A stretch of DNA of 62,543 nucleotides, filler included, from 7 parts of 7 records of this genome joined end to end with filler, not necessarily neighbours in it, one strand, 5' to 3'. Shown: positions 42,538-53,794, numbered from the whole stretch's first letter. Translations and numbers: made by a program. Notes: a model not told the origin generated them from the letters alone.

Positions 42538-43945
42538 ATGGAGCCACAGGACGAACTCGCGCCCGTCCCTCCGCTTGCAGAGGGTTGGGAGAGTCCCCTT
42601 GCGGACGGCATCCTGACGGACTTCTCAAGATCGTCTTCTGGATCCTCTCGCACGTCCAGTCGCTTCAACCTGGACTCTGTGACCCGGCGTTCGTGTATGT
42701 CTTCGGCGTCAAGGTGTACCAGCCAAGTACGGGGCTCTTGTCACCCATCCCCCCCCCCTGCCGCCCCACACACTCCCTCCCTTCCCTTTAGCACTCTTCC
42801 CTCTCTGTGTCTTGGCGGCTATCATTGGGTTTGGCGTCCACCGTAGGATTAAGCACTTTCGTGGTGTTGTTGGTACGATGGGGGTGGCGGTGGCGGTGGG
42901 GGTGGTGATGATGAGGATTTGACAAGCGCTGCGTATGCCCAAGGCCATGAGGTGTATGGTCGTACCTTCTTGCTGTTTGGGTCGATGATGTGTATGGCCT
43001 TTGTTGCCAATTGCATCACCTACTACCGCCAGAGTCCGTCTGCCATTGTACGTTGGAGATGGACCCCCTCCTGAGAGGCTTACGCACCCCTTTGGAACTC
43101 AGATTGCCAGTTGGATCGACCAATGGCTTACGTCGTGCTGTGCGTTCACGTTTCTCTTCTGTGGACTGGTTGATCTTGGTATGATTCGCGAAACAAGCCC
43201 GTGGACCCGTTTGGTAGGACCCCAGACGACAGCTAGAATCCGAACAACGAACCAGACTCACCACACCCTCCTCCAGTTCCAATACGCGGGGTATGGTGTG
43301 ATGTTTCTCATCTACGGAGTCATTGCGATCCTTGAGTATACCTTTGGTGCTTTGGGATTTGCTCTGGCAGGAATCTTCTACGCGTTTATTATTGCGGTAG
43401 GGTGCAGAGCACGGGCGGCACGGGTGACCCTGTTGCCTGTTGTGATGGTTGCTTCCTTCAGATCTCATGCCCACCGTATCTGGTCATGGAGGTATACAGC
43501 CTCTTCTTCACACGAAAAGGGCCACGTGGCGCATGTTCGTGGTTGGGAGGGATCTTCTTGTCCGTTGACCTTGTGTCCACAGGTTGGTTGATCGCGACAG
43601 GTCTTTTTGGCCTTGCAGGAGCGTTGTGTTTCAGTCTGCTGGGAACATGGCTCTGTGATACACTGGGCCCTCTCTGGGATGGTATGCCGGGATACAAATG
43701 TCTCTCTTGATTCATTTGTGGGCAGGTCCCTTTTGGTGGTTCTTGTTCTCCGATCTTGCCATGTTGTGCCTCTTCCACTTCTTCCTGGGATCCCATGTTC
43801 CTCCTAAGGAAGTTGATTCAGATTCACTGGCTCCACAGCTTGTACGTGAAGGAGGTGTGTGGTGGGTGTGTGACGTACCTCTCCAGTCGGGATATCAATA
43901 CCATCCCGAAATGGATGATGAAGAACGGTTGCGTTATCGTGGAAG
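42538..43945 (+). CDS. Eukaryotic spliced multi-pass membrane protein of unknown function, 3' end probably missing
   Basis: Hydrophobic exons (YGRTFLLFGSMMCMAFVANCI; ASWIDQWLTSCCAFTFLFCGL; PFWWFLFSDLAMLCLFHFF) separated by GT-AG introns; exon joins partly uncertain. Confidence 0.55.
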
Positions 43946-43974
43946 GTATGTATGTATGTGTGTGTGTGTGTGTG
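43946..43974. repeat. (GTAT)3(GT)n microsatellite at contig break
   Basis: Begins at a GTATGT donor-like site; assembly ends inside it. Confidence 0.9.
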
Positions 43975-44074
43975 NNNNNNNNNNNNNNNNNNNNNNNNNN
44001 NNNNNNNNNNNNNNNNNNTTAATTAATTAANNNNNNNNNNNNNNNNNNNNNNNNNNNNNNNNNNNNNNNNNNNN
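43975..44074. other. Artificial contig spacer
   Basis: N44-TTAATTAATTAA-N44. Confidence 0.99.
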
Positions 44075-44440
44075 GGTGCCGCCGGCCGTAAAGCGGGTTC
44101 CGTGGACATACTCCGGAAAGCCCCAGGCTTCGCCCTCCATTTCGAGGGTATTCGCCTGGTCGATGCCTCGCAGGTAGGTGCGCGCTGTTTCCACCTCTTC
44201 GTGTTTAACCAGATCGGCGACATAAAAGGCGGTCACCATAGGCCATAGCCCGCCGTTATGGTACTCGTTGGGTTGATTTTTAAAGGTATAAGAAAAACTG
44301 GTGCGAAGGTGATCCCAGTCTTCGTCCACAGGTTTAATAACCGGATGAAACGCTGGGAGCAGCGTGAGTTCATCCGGCGTGATACCGCTGATGTATTCAT
44401 CGACACGGGTTCGTTGGGTATCATCGGCCACATCGAGCAT
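44075..44440 (-). pseudogene. Fragment of GH100/amylo-alpha-1,6-glucosidase-like (alpha/alpha)6 glycoside hydrolase lacking its N-terminus
   Basis: YHNGGLWP and WGFPEYVHG motifs; in-frame stop a few codons upstream of 44440. Confidence 0.6.
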
Positions 44441-44911
44441 TGTAACGGTTGATTATTGTGGAACTTGGGGTTGAGAAGGGCGCAGCAGCCAAACGTTGAT
44501 GAACACGTTAACTGTGCATTTATATTCTTTTTGTCTTTATAGCGTTCAGATAATGATTTTAAAACCGGGATAAAAAATTGCCAATAGGGCCGAGCATGTA
44601 GACTGATATGCAGTTGACGTATATTTAGCGTATCTACAGTGGATTAGAATCCTCGTATGCGCTTACAGAATGGCGATTTCCAAAAAGTTTGTAAAGGTGA
44701 GTGTAGCGTGGGAACCACGTATTAGTGCTTTTGATATACGGCTATGATCAATAGATAAATACACAATCCTCCCTATTGTTCTTCCATCTATCATAGGTGA
44801 TATTGACAAATGCGTCCTACCCGTCCTGATGCTCTGTATACAGCAGTAATGTTAGATCAGGTTGCCATTTCATGATCACGTATTATTTTAAGTGGATATG
44901 AAGGAGGATTT

Positions 44912-45789
44912 ATGACACAAACTGCAAATGCTTTTTCTAAAGCCGATTCATTGAGCCAATACTTCAGGGAAATCAGTAACCACGAACTATTGACGAGAAA
45001 TCAGGAGAAGAAGCTCGCTCGTCGATATTTGAACCATGCTGATGAAGCCGCAGCCGAGAGACTTGTCAGGGCAAATCTGAGGCTGGTCGTAAAGATAGCA
45101 AAAAATTACCACAATCAGGGCGATCGTTACGCACTAAATGACCTCGTCCAGGAGGGAAACGTGGGACTCGTGCATGCAGTGCGGCATTATGATCCCGATA
45201 AGAAGACAAAATTTTCCTACTACGCCGCCTATTGGATCAGAGCTTATATACTTAGCTATCTGATGAAAAATTACAGTTCCGTTAAAATCGGGACGACCCA
45301 ATCTCAGCGCAAGCTTTTTTCAACTTGAAGAAAACCAAAGAAAAATTACGCAGAAAAGGTGTGCCTACAACTGCCGATCAAATTGCCCGTTATGTTGGCG
45401 TAAAGACCTCCGAGGTTGAAGAGATGGAACAACGTATGAATCAAAACGATAAATCGCTCAACGCCCCTCTAAGAACCGGGGATCATGGTCAGTTGATAGA
45501 CCACCTTAAAGTTGAGGATGAATCCTTAGAAGAAACCATTGCCGGGGAACAGATGCACCAATTGGTGCGCAATCTCCTTGCTCGGTTCAAACCATCACTC
45601 GATGGGCGCGAACAGGATATTCTAGACGAGCGCATTGTGGCAGAAGAGCCTTTGACACTCAAAAAGCTTGGCGATCGTTATGGCGTATCAAGGGAGCGCA
45701 TCCGTCAGATTGAGGCAAATATTATACGGAAGTTGAGAAACTTTTTCAGGACCGAAGTGTCCGACTTCCACGTGTACATGGCCGGCTAA
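44912..45789 (+). CDS. RpoH (sigma-32)-family sigma factor; frameshift at T6 45315-45320
   Basis: AAGGAGG RBS; ANLRLVVKIA, DLVQEGNVGL; one added T restores the RpoH box QRKLFFNL; VSRERIRQIE. Confidence 0.88.
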
Positions 45790-45943
45790 AAAGCGGTAAT
45801 ATAGGCGCGTGAACAATCTTTACTCCTATTTGCCCTTTCGTCATGTGTGATGCTTTCTACAATATTGAGGCCCAGACCTGCTCATGGAAACAGATGTAGG
45901 GTCGGAGGGTCGCCGCCGATTATTCATGGTAGCGCCAACGTAT

Positions 45944-45978
45944 AAAAGCCGGGAGCGATCAAAATAATCGCTCCCGGC
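45944..45978 (-). terminator. Rho-independent terminator
   Basis: GCCGGGAGCGAT / ATCGCTCCCGGC with T-tract on minus strand. Confidence 0.7.
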
Positions 45979-46086
45979 CCATCGAAACAATCAACTCCCT
46001 TTGCCGCTATTAGGTTGGACCCGTCAAAGAGAACTGATAGAGGTTTCCTTTCAAAGGAATATTTAACCAGCTTTTACAGGCTGTTG

Positions 46087-46278
46087 CTATACGTGTCCGC
46101 CGAGTGCGCCAGGTGGTGTACTCCGTTGATCGGCGTGTGGTGCATTTGGATATGATTCCGGTGCTTTCGTTGAGATATTTTCCATCTCTACCTGCCGATC
46201 CTCATTGGCCTCGTTAACACGATCTTGGCATTCGCCTTCGCATTGACCTGTAATGTCTCTTTTTGGAATGTCTGCCAT
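46087..46278 (-). CDS. Small hypothetical hydrophilic protein (63 aa)
   Basis: Strong AAGGAGG RBS and own terminator. Confidence 0.6.
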   Translation of the reverse strand: MADIPKRDITGQCEGECQDRVNEANEDRQVEMENISTKAPESYPNAPHADQRSTPPGALGGHV

Positions 46279-46538
46279 GATAATCCTCCTTTTTTATATG
46301 CCTTCGCTCGTTCGGGAGAATAATTGCTTTCTCCTTCCATGATCAGAAGGTTGGTTTTACTATATAAACACCGTCTTCCTCAGTAAATAGGGTCCATACA
46401 GTAGTTGGCTTTTTTAATCGCGGTAGAAATATGAAAGGCTTCATCGAAATCGAGGCTGAGCTGCAGTAGGTTGGGTATCGTCATTCTTTAACGAAGCGCA
46501 CGGATTATAAAATCATATAACTTTTCGGATCCTTATCT

Positions 46539-46919
46539 CTATGCGCCGAAAAGTCGGTTTCTAATGATTGACAGAACATGTTGTCCATTTGGTTCGCTCT
46601 TTGAGATAAAAAAATCTGCTCCTTGTTCCAGCGCGGCTTGGCGGTACTCCTCCTCATCTTTATCTGTCAGAACTGCGATGCGCGCTTCAGGTTGTTGCAA
46701 AGCGATGCGCTGGATCATTTTGAAGCATTTATTCCCGTTTAAATGCAGATCGGTAAACACCAGTCGTGGTCTCTCCCTAATCGCTTTTTGAAAGCCCTCA
46801 TCTGGTGTTTCCGCTTCCTCAACTGTCAATTCGGGAAAACATTTGGAGATTGTATTTTTAAGGGCCTGACGAAACAAGTGGTTGCTGTCAATAATTAGAA
46901 TGATAGGCATACGCGCCAT
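46539..46919 (-). CDS. Single-domain response regulator receiver
   Basis: ILIIDS, LVFTD, VLT, GADFFISK; GGAGG RBS. Confidence 0.85.
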   Translation of the reverse strand: MARMPIILIIDSNHLFRQALKNTISKCFPELTVEEAETPDEGFQKAIRERPRLVFTDLHLNGNKCFKMIQRIALQQPEARIAVLTDKDEEEYRQAALEQGADFFISKSEPNGQHVLSIIRNRLFGA

Positions 46920-47203
46920 CGTAACCTCCGTTACATGATTTAATTTTTCCCGCCATATATCTCAATACCCGGCGTAAATAATTAAAAAATCGGTTCTACC
47001 CACCAACGATAGGAACTTGTGGGAACGGATGCCATACCCCCTCAAATGTATATTCCTTCCAACTGATACCTATACAGGATGTACTCAATATTTTGGGAAA
47101 ATGATTTATACAGCCCTGTGCCTATTTCTATGTTCTGAAATGGTGATATGGTCATAGATGTCTGGAAAACTCGTACTACTACATGTAAAGGAGTAAATGA
47201 AAA

Positions 47204-47581
47204 ATGGCAATTGGCGTTGATGAAATACAGTTAGAGAAGACTGCAACCGGTAAAATGGTGACCTTGGTCGTCAGAGGAAAACTGAGCACAGAAGATTATG
47301 ACCTGTTCGTTCCTCAACTGGAGTGGTTGATAGAGAAAAACGGAACCATCAGCCTTTTGGTTGAGCTTATCGATTTCCAAGGTTGGACCCTGGGCGCCTT
47401 GTGGGCCGATACCAAGTTCGCTTTAAAGCATTTTGCCGACATCAGAAAATTGGCTGTGGTCGGCGAGGGTAAGCAGTGGGAACGCGGGATGACCGCCTTC
47501 ATTAGTCCATTTACAAAGGCTGACGTTCGCTATTTCGAAACCCCCGAAAAAGACACCGCGATGAAATGGCTCTCGACCTGA
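47204..47581 (+). CDS. SpoIIAA-like (STAS/SEC14) protein
   Basis: GKLSTEDY, FQGWTLGALWAD, KLAVVG, VRYF..AMKWL. Confidence 0.88.
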   Translation: MAIGVDEIQLEKTATGKMVTLVVRGKLSTEDYDLFVPQLEWLIEKNGTISLLVELIDFQGWTLGALWADTKFALKHFADIRKLAVVGEGKQWERGMTAFISPFTKADVRYFETPEKDTAMKWLST

Positions 47582-47781
47582 AACTGTTTTGATCACCTTC
47601 TATCAAAGATCGGCCCCACTCAATACTGCAAAGCTCGACCTGACGAAAACCGAACATGATTGGCGATGAATTTGCGAAATGACCACCAATCCCATAGAGA
47701 CCCTGGCCACATCGTAACTGCCAAAGCATCATAGGGCCATAGCTTTTAACCATAGCTTTCAGACGAAGAGAGGAGAAAAGA

Positions 47782-48534
47782 ATGCTGCGCAGCGCTAATG
47801 AATTATTCAACTATACCTTGGCAGTCAAAGACGGAGAGATCGGTCGCTGCAAGGATTTTCTATTCGATGATAATTTCTGGACCTTACGATACATGGTCGC
47901 CGATACCGGCAAGTGGTTGCCCGGTCGGCGCGTTTTGATCTCACCGGCCTCGCTAGGCGAGCCTCAGTGGTCCAACAGGCTTTTCCCGGTTGCACTAACC
48001 AAAGAGCAAGTTAGCGAGGAGCCCGGTATTGATGAGGATGCGCCTTTGAATCGGCATTATGAGAAGCTGTTGGCTCTCTATTATGGCTATCCACCCTATT
48101 GGTTGGATACCAATACATGGGTGACTTTCGAGTCGCAGAAATATTTTGTTAACCAGGAGATCATACAGGATCGGCTAAAGCAGGTGGAAGACGAGGACAA
48201 CGATGTCCATTTGCGTTCCATAAAAGAGGTGATGGGTTACGATATTCATGCTTCTGATGGGCAGGTTGGACATGTTGAAGATTTTGTATTGGATGAAGAG
48301 AGCTGGCGAGTACGATATCTGGTCGTGGACACCCGCAATTGGTTACCGGGTCGAAAGGTTTTGATTTCTCCCATGTGGGTGGCGTTGGTGGGGTGGTTCG
48401 ACGGGAAAGTGCAGGTAGATTTGACCGTGAACGAGGTTGAAAACAGTCCCTTGTACGATCCGAACGCCCCTGTCAACCGTGAGTACGAGGAGCGACTATA
48501 CGATTATTATGGAAGGCCCAAATATTGGGGCTAG
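47782..48534 (+). CDS. Tandem PRC-barrel protein
   Basis: Two repeats DG.(I/V)G...DF..D...W..RY.V.DT..WLPGR.VLISP. Confidence 0.9.
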   Translation: MLRSANELFNYTLAVKDGEIGRCKDFLFDDNFWTLRYMVADTGKWLPGRRVLISPASLGEPQWSNRLFPVALTKEQVSEEPGIDEDAPLNRHYEKLLALYYGYPPYWLDTNTWVTFESQKYFVNQEIIQDRLKQVEDEDNDVHLRSIKEVMGYDIHASDGQVGHVEDFVLDEESWRVRYLVVDTRNWLPGRKVLISPMWVALVGWFDGKVQVDLTVNEVENSPLYDPNAPVNREYEERLYDYYGRPKYWG

Positions 48535-48557
48535 GGTTATAGCGTGGAGATAATGAT

Positions 48558-48914
48558 ATGCTAAGCTTAAACACGACAGGGCATTTCAGACAACGAACCA
48601 AGGAGGTGCATCACATCAGGCGCCTGCCGTATGAACGCTCGTTTATCCGTGGCTCCGAGGCACCGATCGAAGAGCCCCCACACCAGCCGAAAAGGCCGCC
48701 AGTGGAAGAACCGGAGAGGCCTGCGCATGCCCCGCCTTCGAAGGATTTGCCGCCTGCTGACGATCCCACACCGGTCCCGCCTCCACCCATAAAGGAGCCA
48801 CCGCCGGCGGAGACCGAGCGGCGAGAAGGCGAAGACTATGGTCGGTCGCCCTGTCTCAAGTGTTTCGCATATCGCCACATACGGGCGAACACCTCGATGC
48901 CCGTCTCGGGGTAA
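48558..48914 (+). CDS. Pro/Glu-rich hypothetical protein (boundaries uncertain)
   Basis: PIEEPP..PPVEEP..PIKEPP repeats; AAGGAGGT at ~48600; 3' end overlaps convergent gene. Confidence 0.4.
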   Translation: MLSLNTTGHFRQRTKEVHHIRRLPYERSFIRGSEAPIEEPPHQPKRPPVEEPERPAHAPPSKDLPPADDPTPVPPPPIKEPPPAETERREGEDYGRSPCLKCFAYRHIRANTSMPVSG

Positions 48915-49109
48915 TTGAAGAAAGGGATTTTTTGATCCATAAGAAAAGCTCGGCAGATCACCTCCTGTTCGGGATCGCCTATCAGCGAGACAAAGACAGG
49001 TTTGTTGGCCCTCTCCCTGATCAGCTGTGCCAGCGGTCGAAGCTCCTCCGAGCCGTAGGCGGCAAAGGAGATGAAGAAGATACCGTCCACCCCATCGTCG
49101 TCGAAGAGG
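48836..49109 (-). CDS. C-terminus of ADP-forming acetate/acyl-CoA ligase alpha-like protein, 5' partial
   Basis: DGVDGI..KPVFVSLIG..IPFFNYPE..FARMWRY. Confidence 0.7.
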
Positions 49110-49209
49110 NNNNNNNNNNNNNNNNNNNNNNNNNNNNNNNNNNNNNNNNNNNNTTAATTAATTAANNNNNNNNNNNNNNNNNNNNNNNNNNNNNNNNNNN
49201 NNNNNNNNN
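49110..49209. other. Artificial contig spacer
   Basis: N44-TTAATTAATTAA-N44. Confidence 0.99.
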
Positions 49210-50131
49210 GGCCTTATCGTTAAAAGATAACTTAAAATTGACCAGAGTCACCCATGTTTTTGAATATTTGTCAAAAGATTTTCTCCTGCCAAAACAGGAA
49301 AGCATCACCTGGAAGGGCAAAGACGGCGTAACAGTCGAAGGTCTTCTCATTTATCCGGTTAATTATGTCAAAGGTCAAAGCTATCCCCTGGTTGTGCAAA
49401 CCCATGGCGGTCCCGCCTCTTCGGATAGATTTGGTTTTGGCAGTTCGTTCTCCCGCTATTTCCCGGTACTGGCAGCTCATGGTTACGCCATATTCAAACC
49501 CAACTATCGTGGCAGCACGGGTTATGGTAATACATTTCTCCGCGATATGGTCGGGCACTATTATAAAAACGCGCACCTGGATGTAATGACAGGCGTTGAC
49601 TATCTCATAAAAGAGGCATTGCTGATCCCGATAAAATGGTCAAAATGGGCTGGAGCGCTGGTGGGCACATGACCAATAAAATCATCACTTTTACAGATCG
49701 TTTCAAAGCTGCCTCTTCCGGTGCCGGTGCGGTGAACTGGATTTCCATGTACGGCCAGAGCGACGTTCGCATCTACCGCACACCCTGGTTTGGCGGTACT
49801 CCCTGGCAAAAAAACGCACCCATCAAAACTTATTGGGACCATTCGCCACTCAAAGATATCGCCAATGTGAAAACACCCACCCTCATCTTTGTCGGCGAGA
49901 ATGACGTTCGTGTCCCTCCCCCAATACGTTGAACTGTATCGTGCTCTGAAAAGCAATAACGTAGCCACCCATCTCTACATCGCCCCACGAGAACCGCACG
50001 GTTTCAAGGAACTGCGTCATCGACTTTTCAAGATGAATGCGGAACTGGAGTGGTTTGCGAAATATGCGTTGGGAAAAGAGTACGAGTTTGAGAAGGCGCC
50101 GGAGGAAGAGAAAAAAGAGGACAAAGAATAA
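49210..50131 (+). CDS. S9-family serine peptidase, 5' partial, frameshifts near 49616 and 49920
   Basis: HGGP, PNYRGSTGYG, GWSAGG (Ser), GENDVRVP (Asp), EPHG (His) across three frames. Confidence 0.9.
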
Positions 50132-50143
50132 TTAGAAATAGTT

Positions 50144-50172
50144 AAAAAGCCCGGCGTTTGTCGGGCTTTTTT
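50144..50172 (+). terminator. Rho-independent terminator
   Basis: AAAAAGCCCGGC-GTTT-GTCGGGCTTTTTT. Confidence 0.8.
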
Positions 50173-50283
50173 GTTCATCTGAAGTAACATAACAAGTCTT
50201 TTAAACAGCTTTATTTTCCCCAACTCCACTATCTCCACCGAATAAATACATGACCATAAAAATCCTTATCAATTCGAAAACAC

Positions 50284-50312
50284 TTGACCAGTTCGAATAT
50301 TATTGCTATGAT
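50284..50312 (+). promoter_or_regulatory. Sigma-70-type promoter upstream of GH2 gene
   Basis: TTGACC-N17-TATGAT with extended TG. Confidence 0.55.
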
Positions 50313-50492
50313 TCATAAACACCTAGAGGGTAACGGGCGGTTCATGATCTTTCTTGTAAAAACACAATTGAGTTTTCGATTGAAACAAATTTGTCAGAAA
50401 CAAAATGTATAAAAAACAGTGTTTTAACTGCTAAAAAGGCAGGAAAATCACACTGACTACACACATTGAAATACAAATTTAAAGAAAGAAAC

Positions 50493-53400
50493 ATGGAAAA
50501 AATACTAATAACACTCTTGTCCGTTTTAGTGCTCACCAGTTGTCGCCAAAATGCTGCTTCACATTATTCTGTAAAAGGTGTTTCAAATCCAGTTATTAAT
50601 CTGAACGGAACCTGGAAGGTAAATACAAATCCGTCCGGACCATTTTGGGAGACCGATGACCTTGATGAGGAATGGCAAGATATTCAGGTTCCGGGCGAAT
50701 GTATGATGCAGGGATTTTCTATAAAACATGATAAACCCTTTGCGTACAAGAAACGTATAAAAATCCCAGCCGACTTTGATGGAAAAGAGATAAAACTTCA
50801 ATTTGATGGTGTTTATAGTTATGCACAAGTGTGGATAAACGGGACTTTCCTGCGTGATCATTCAGGCGGTTTTACAAGATGGGAATGTAATATTACCCCC
50901 TTTGTTAAGCCCGGAGAAACAGCCATAATTACATTGGAAATTACTGATAAAGCAGATGATATTTCCTATGGAAGTGGTTATGCGAAACATCAGATTGGGG
51001 GGATTTTGCGGGATGTGAGACTGGTGGCTACTCCAACAAATTTTCTCAAACAATTAAACATTGTTACTGATCTGGATGACAATTTTACTAATGCGAACCT
51101 TAAAATAATCGGAAAACTAAATAACAAGGTAAATAATGCAAAAATAAAACTAGACCTGACGACCAAGAACAACAAAAAAATTCCACTGCAAAAATCAGTG
51201 ATTGAATTGAATAATACGGATTCTTTCACCATAAACAACCTGGTTCTATCGCCGGATAAATGGGATGCAGAACACCCCAACCTGTACATGTTGACAATTT
51301 CATTCTTAAAAGATAACCAACTCGTGTTTGAGAAAACAGAGCGGGTAGGTTTTCGGGACGTTAAAGTTATTGGCAATAAATTGTATGTTAATGGCATGGA
51401 GGTGAAACTCAGAGGTGCTTGCCGGCATGATATCCACCCGTTACTGGGCAGGGTCTCAACACCGGATTATGAACTACAGGATGTTAAATTAGCCAAAGAG
51501 GCTAATATGAATTTCATCCGAACATCACATTATCCTCCTACCGAGAATTTCCTGCAATTGTGCGATGAGTACGGCCTCTATGTCGAGTCTGAAACAGCGG
51601 TTTGCTTTGTAGGGTCTCATCGTACAAAAGATTATTACCCGGGTACATCGGAAAATGATCCTGATTTTACAGGTAAATACCTGTCGCAGCTGGAGGAAAT
51701 GGTTCTTAATCAAATGAACCACCCATCTATAATAATGTGGTCAATCGGTAATGAAAATAATTTCGGTGCCAATTTCAAAAAATCCTATGATTGGGTTAAA
51801 AAAAATGACCCTACCCGACCTGTTATTTTCAGCTATCCTGGAAATGTCCCGGACAGCGTAAAATCTTACGATGTTCTCAGTATGCACTATCCCGGATTAT
51901 CAGGTAATATGAATCAACATGGAAAAGTTACAAAAGCTTTTGGCTATAAAGAAATGCCAGTAATTTTTGATGAATGGGCGCATGTTGCATGCTATAATCC
52001 ATTCACAATAAAAGAGGATCCAAACATCAGAAATTTTTGGGGCCAGAGTCTGGATAGTATGTGGACGAACGTATTTGAAGCAGATGGAGGGCTGGGAGGA
52101 GCGATTTGGGGAATGATAGATGAAACCTTTATGTTACCTGACACTTTACCCGGATTTAATGAGTGGTGGGGAAAAATTGATAAAAATATCATTCCGTTCG
52201 AATACTCGGGCAAGACAATTGGCTATGGAGAGTGGGGAATTGTTGATACCTGGCGCAGAAAAAAACCGGAATTCTGGAATACGAAAAAGGCCTATTCTCC
52301 TGTTAAAATCCTTCAAACGACATTTGACAAACCATCCGGAACAACTTTATCAGTACCGGTCTACAACCGCTTTGATCATACCAACTTCTATGAATTAACA
52401 ATAAAGACGAGAATCCAGAACCACGTAAGCACCCTGAGTCCGGTGGATATTAAGCCCCATTCGAAAGGATTGTTATCTATTCCAATTGATGGAATGAGTA
52501 TGGAGGAACCCGTCCTCCTTGAAATTTATGATGCTCAAAACAGGCTCGTGGACTGTTATTCTCTGAGCATTAAAATGGACAATCAAATCAAAGAAGAGAA
52601 AGGATCTGTTGAAAATATTCTCTTCAAGGAAGATAAAAACCATGTAACCATTGTTTGCGAAAATAATACCAGTATCGTTTTTGATAAAAAAACCGGCCTG
52701 ATAAATAAAATCCAAAATTTATCTGATACCCTGGCTGTAACAGGCCCCTATCTCAATTTACGAACAAAAGGGACATCATTAATTTATTCGTACCATCACA
52801 TTAATGAGTATAGTAAAAACTGGACATTAAAAGATTTTTCATTCAAATGGGAAAATAACAAAGTCACTGTTTCGATTAAAGGTAAATCTAAGGAGATATC
52901 AGCTATTGTTTTTGACATTGTTATAAGTTCAGATGGAAAAATCGAATGCAGCTATTTTGTCAAAGATATCCCCAAAGAATATATCCGTGAAACAGGCATT
53001 AGATTTGAATTGGAGAATGTTATTGATTCGCTCTCGTGGAAGAGAGATTCGTACTGGAGTTATTATCCCCCTGGTCATCTCTCAGCGCAAGAAGGGAACG
53101 TTTCTTTGTATTCCGGAATTCAATCGACATACCGAAATGCTCCAAATAAAGACTGGGTATTTGATTGCAAGAGTTTCTATTATGAAGGAACAGATAACGA
53201 ATCTATAAGTGACCAACTCACACATATTGCCAAAGCCACCAAGGAACATATCAGAGAATACACTCTTTATAATGACGGGCAAAAAGTGTTGTCCGTACTA
53301 GGTGATGGTGATATCAGCTGTAGAATAGCAAAACAGGAAAATACAATTCAGCTTTTTACAAATAATAAAATGGATTACGTCGATCTAAGTTGGGGGAATT

Positions 53401-53501
53401 TTCAGCGAAACATTTTGCTTGAAAAAGATTATTCGGATAAAGTTGTTTTTAAAATGAACACACATTCTGGCGATAAGCATAAAAATAAGACAATTGATTG
53501 A
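50493..53501 (+). CDS. GH2 glycoside hydrolase (beta-galactosidase-like), lipoprotein
   Basis: Lipobox LTSC; FDGVYS, WDAEHPNLY, IRTSHYP, WSIGNE, DEWAH. Confidence 0.9.
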   Translation: MEKILITLLSVLVLTSCRQNAASHYSVKGVSNPVINLNGTWKVNTNPSGPFWETDDLDEEWQDIQVPGECMMQGFSIKHDKPFAYKKRIKIPADFDGKEIKLQFDGVYSYAQVWINGTFLRDHSGGFTRWECNITPFVKPGETAIITLEITDKADDISYGSGYAKHQIGGILRDVRLVATPTNFLKQLNIVTDLDDNFTNANLKIIGKLNNKVNNAKIKLDLTTKNNKKIPLQKSVIELNNTDSFTINNLVLSPDKWDAEHPNLYMLTISFLKDNQLVFEKTERVGFRDVKVIGNKLYVNGMEVKLRGACRHDIHPLLGRVSTPDYELQDVKLAKEANMNFIRTSHYPPTENFLQLCDEYGLYVESETAVCFVGSHRTKDYYPGTSENDPDFTGKYLSQLEEMVLNQMNHPSIIMWSIGNENNFGANFKKSYDWVKKNDPTRPVIFSYPGNVPDSVKSYDVLSMHYPGLSGNMNQHGKVTKAFGYKEMPVIFDEWAHVACYNPFTIKEDPNIRNFWGQSLDSMWTNVFEADGGLGGAIWGMIDETFMLPDTLPGFNEWWGKIDKNIIPFEYSGKTIGYGEWGIVDTWRRKKPEFWNTKKAYSPVKILQTTFDKPSGTTLSVPVYNRFDHTNFYELTIKTRIQNHVSTLSPVDIKPHSKGLLSIPIDGMSMEEPVLLEIYDAQNRLVDCYSLSIKMDNQIKEEKGSVENILFKEDKNHVTIVCENNTSIVFDKKTGLINKIQNLSDTLAVTGPYLNLRTKGTSLIYSYHHINEYSKNWTLKDFSFKWENNKVTVSIKGKSKEISAIVFDIVISSDGKIECSYFVKDIPKEYIRETGIRFELENVIDSLSWKRDSYWSYYPPGHLSAQEGNVSLYSGIQSTYRNAPNKDWVFDCKSFYYEGTDNESISDQLTHIAKATKEHIREYTLYNDGQKVLSVLGDGDISCRIAKQENTIQLFTNNKMDYVDLSWGNFQRNILLEKDYSDKVVFKMNTHSGDKHKNKTID

Positions 53502-53572
53502 TAATGTTCTCATGGAATCCATTTTTGACACTTGACAATCCAGGTTGATTGCACTAGTGTGAAGTATTTAAT

Positions 53573-53763
53573 TTCCGCTCCAAACTGCAGTTTGGGACGG
53601 AACTAGCAGGAAAAGCTTTGCTTTGTCTTATAGACATCAGATTCAAAGGAAAATCAAAATCATCCCGGCCTTTTATAAAGCGGATTTTATTTTTATTGTG
53701 AATGATAGCACTCGAAGCATAGCTTCTCAGGTTAGTTTCGTCCCAAATACAATTTGGGACGAA
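53573..53763. repeat. REP-doublet/MITE-like element bounded by CCCAAA..TTTGGGAC palindromes
   Basis: Palindromes 53573-53602 and 53737-53763; inner hairpins AAAGC..GCTTT (53612) and GAAGC..GCTTC (53714). Confidence 0.7.
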
Positions 53764-53794
53764 GATTTTTTATATTTTGAATGCAGTAGAAATC

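Noticed and set aside
38802-44030. Dozens of short overlapping ORFs as viral or novel prokaryotic genes
   Set aside because: They are exon fragments and antisense shadows of three spliced eukaryotic genes.
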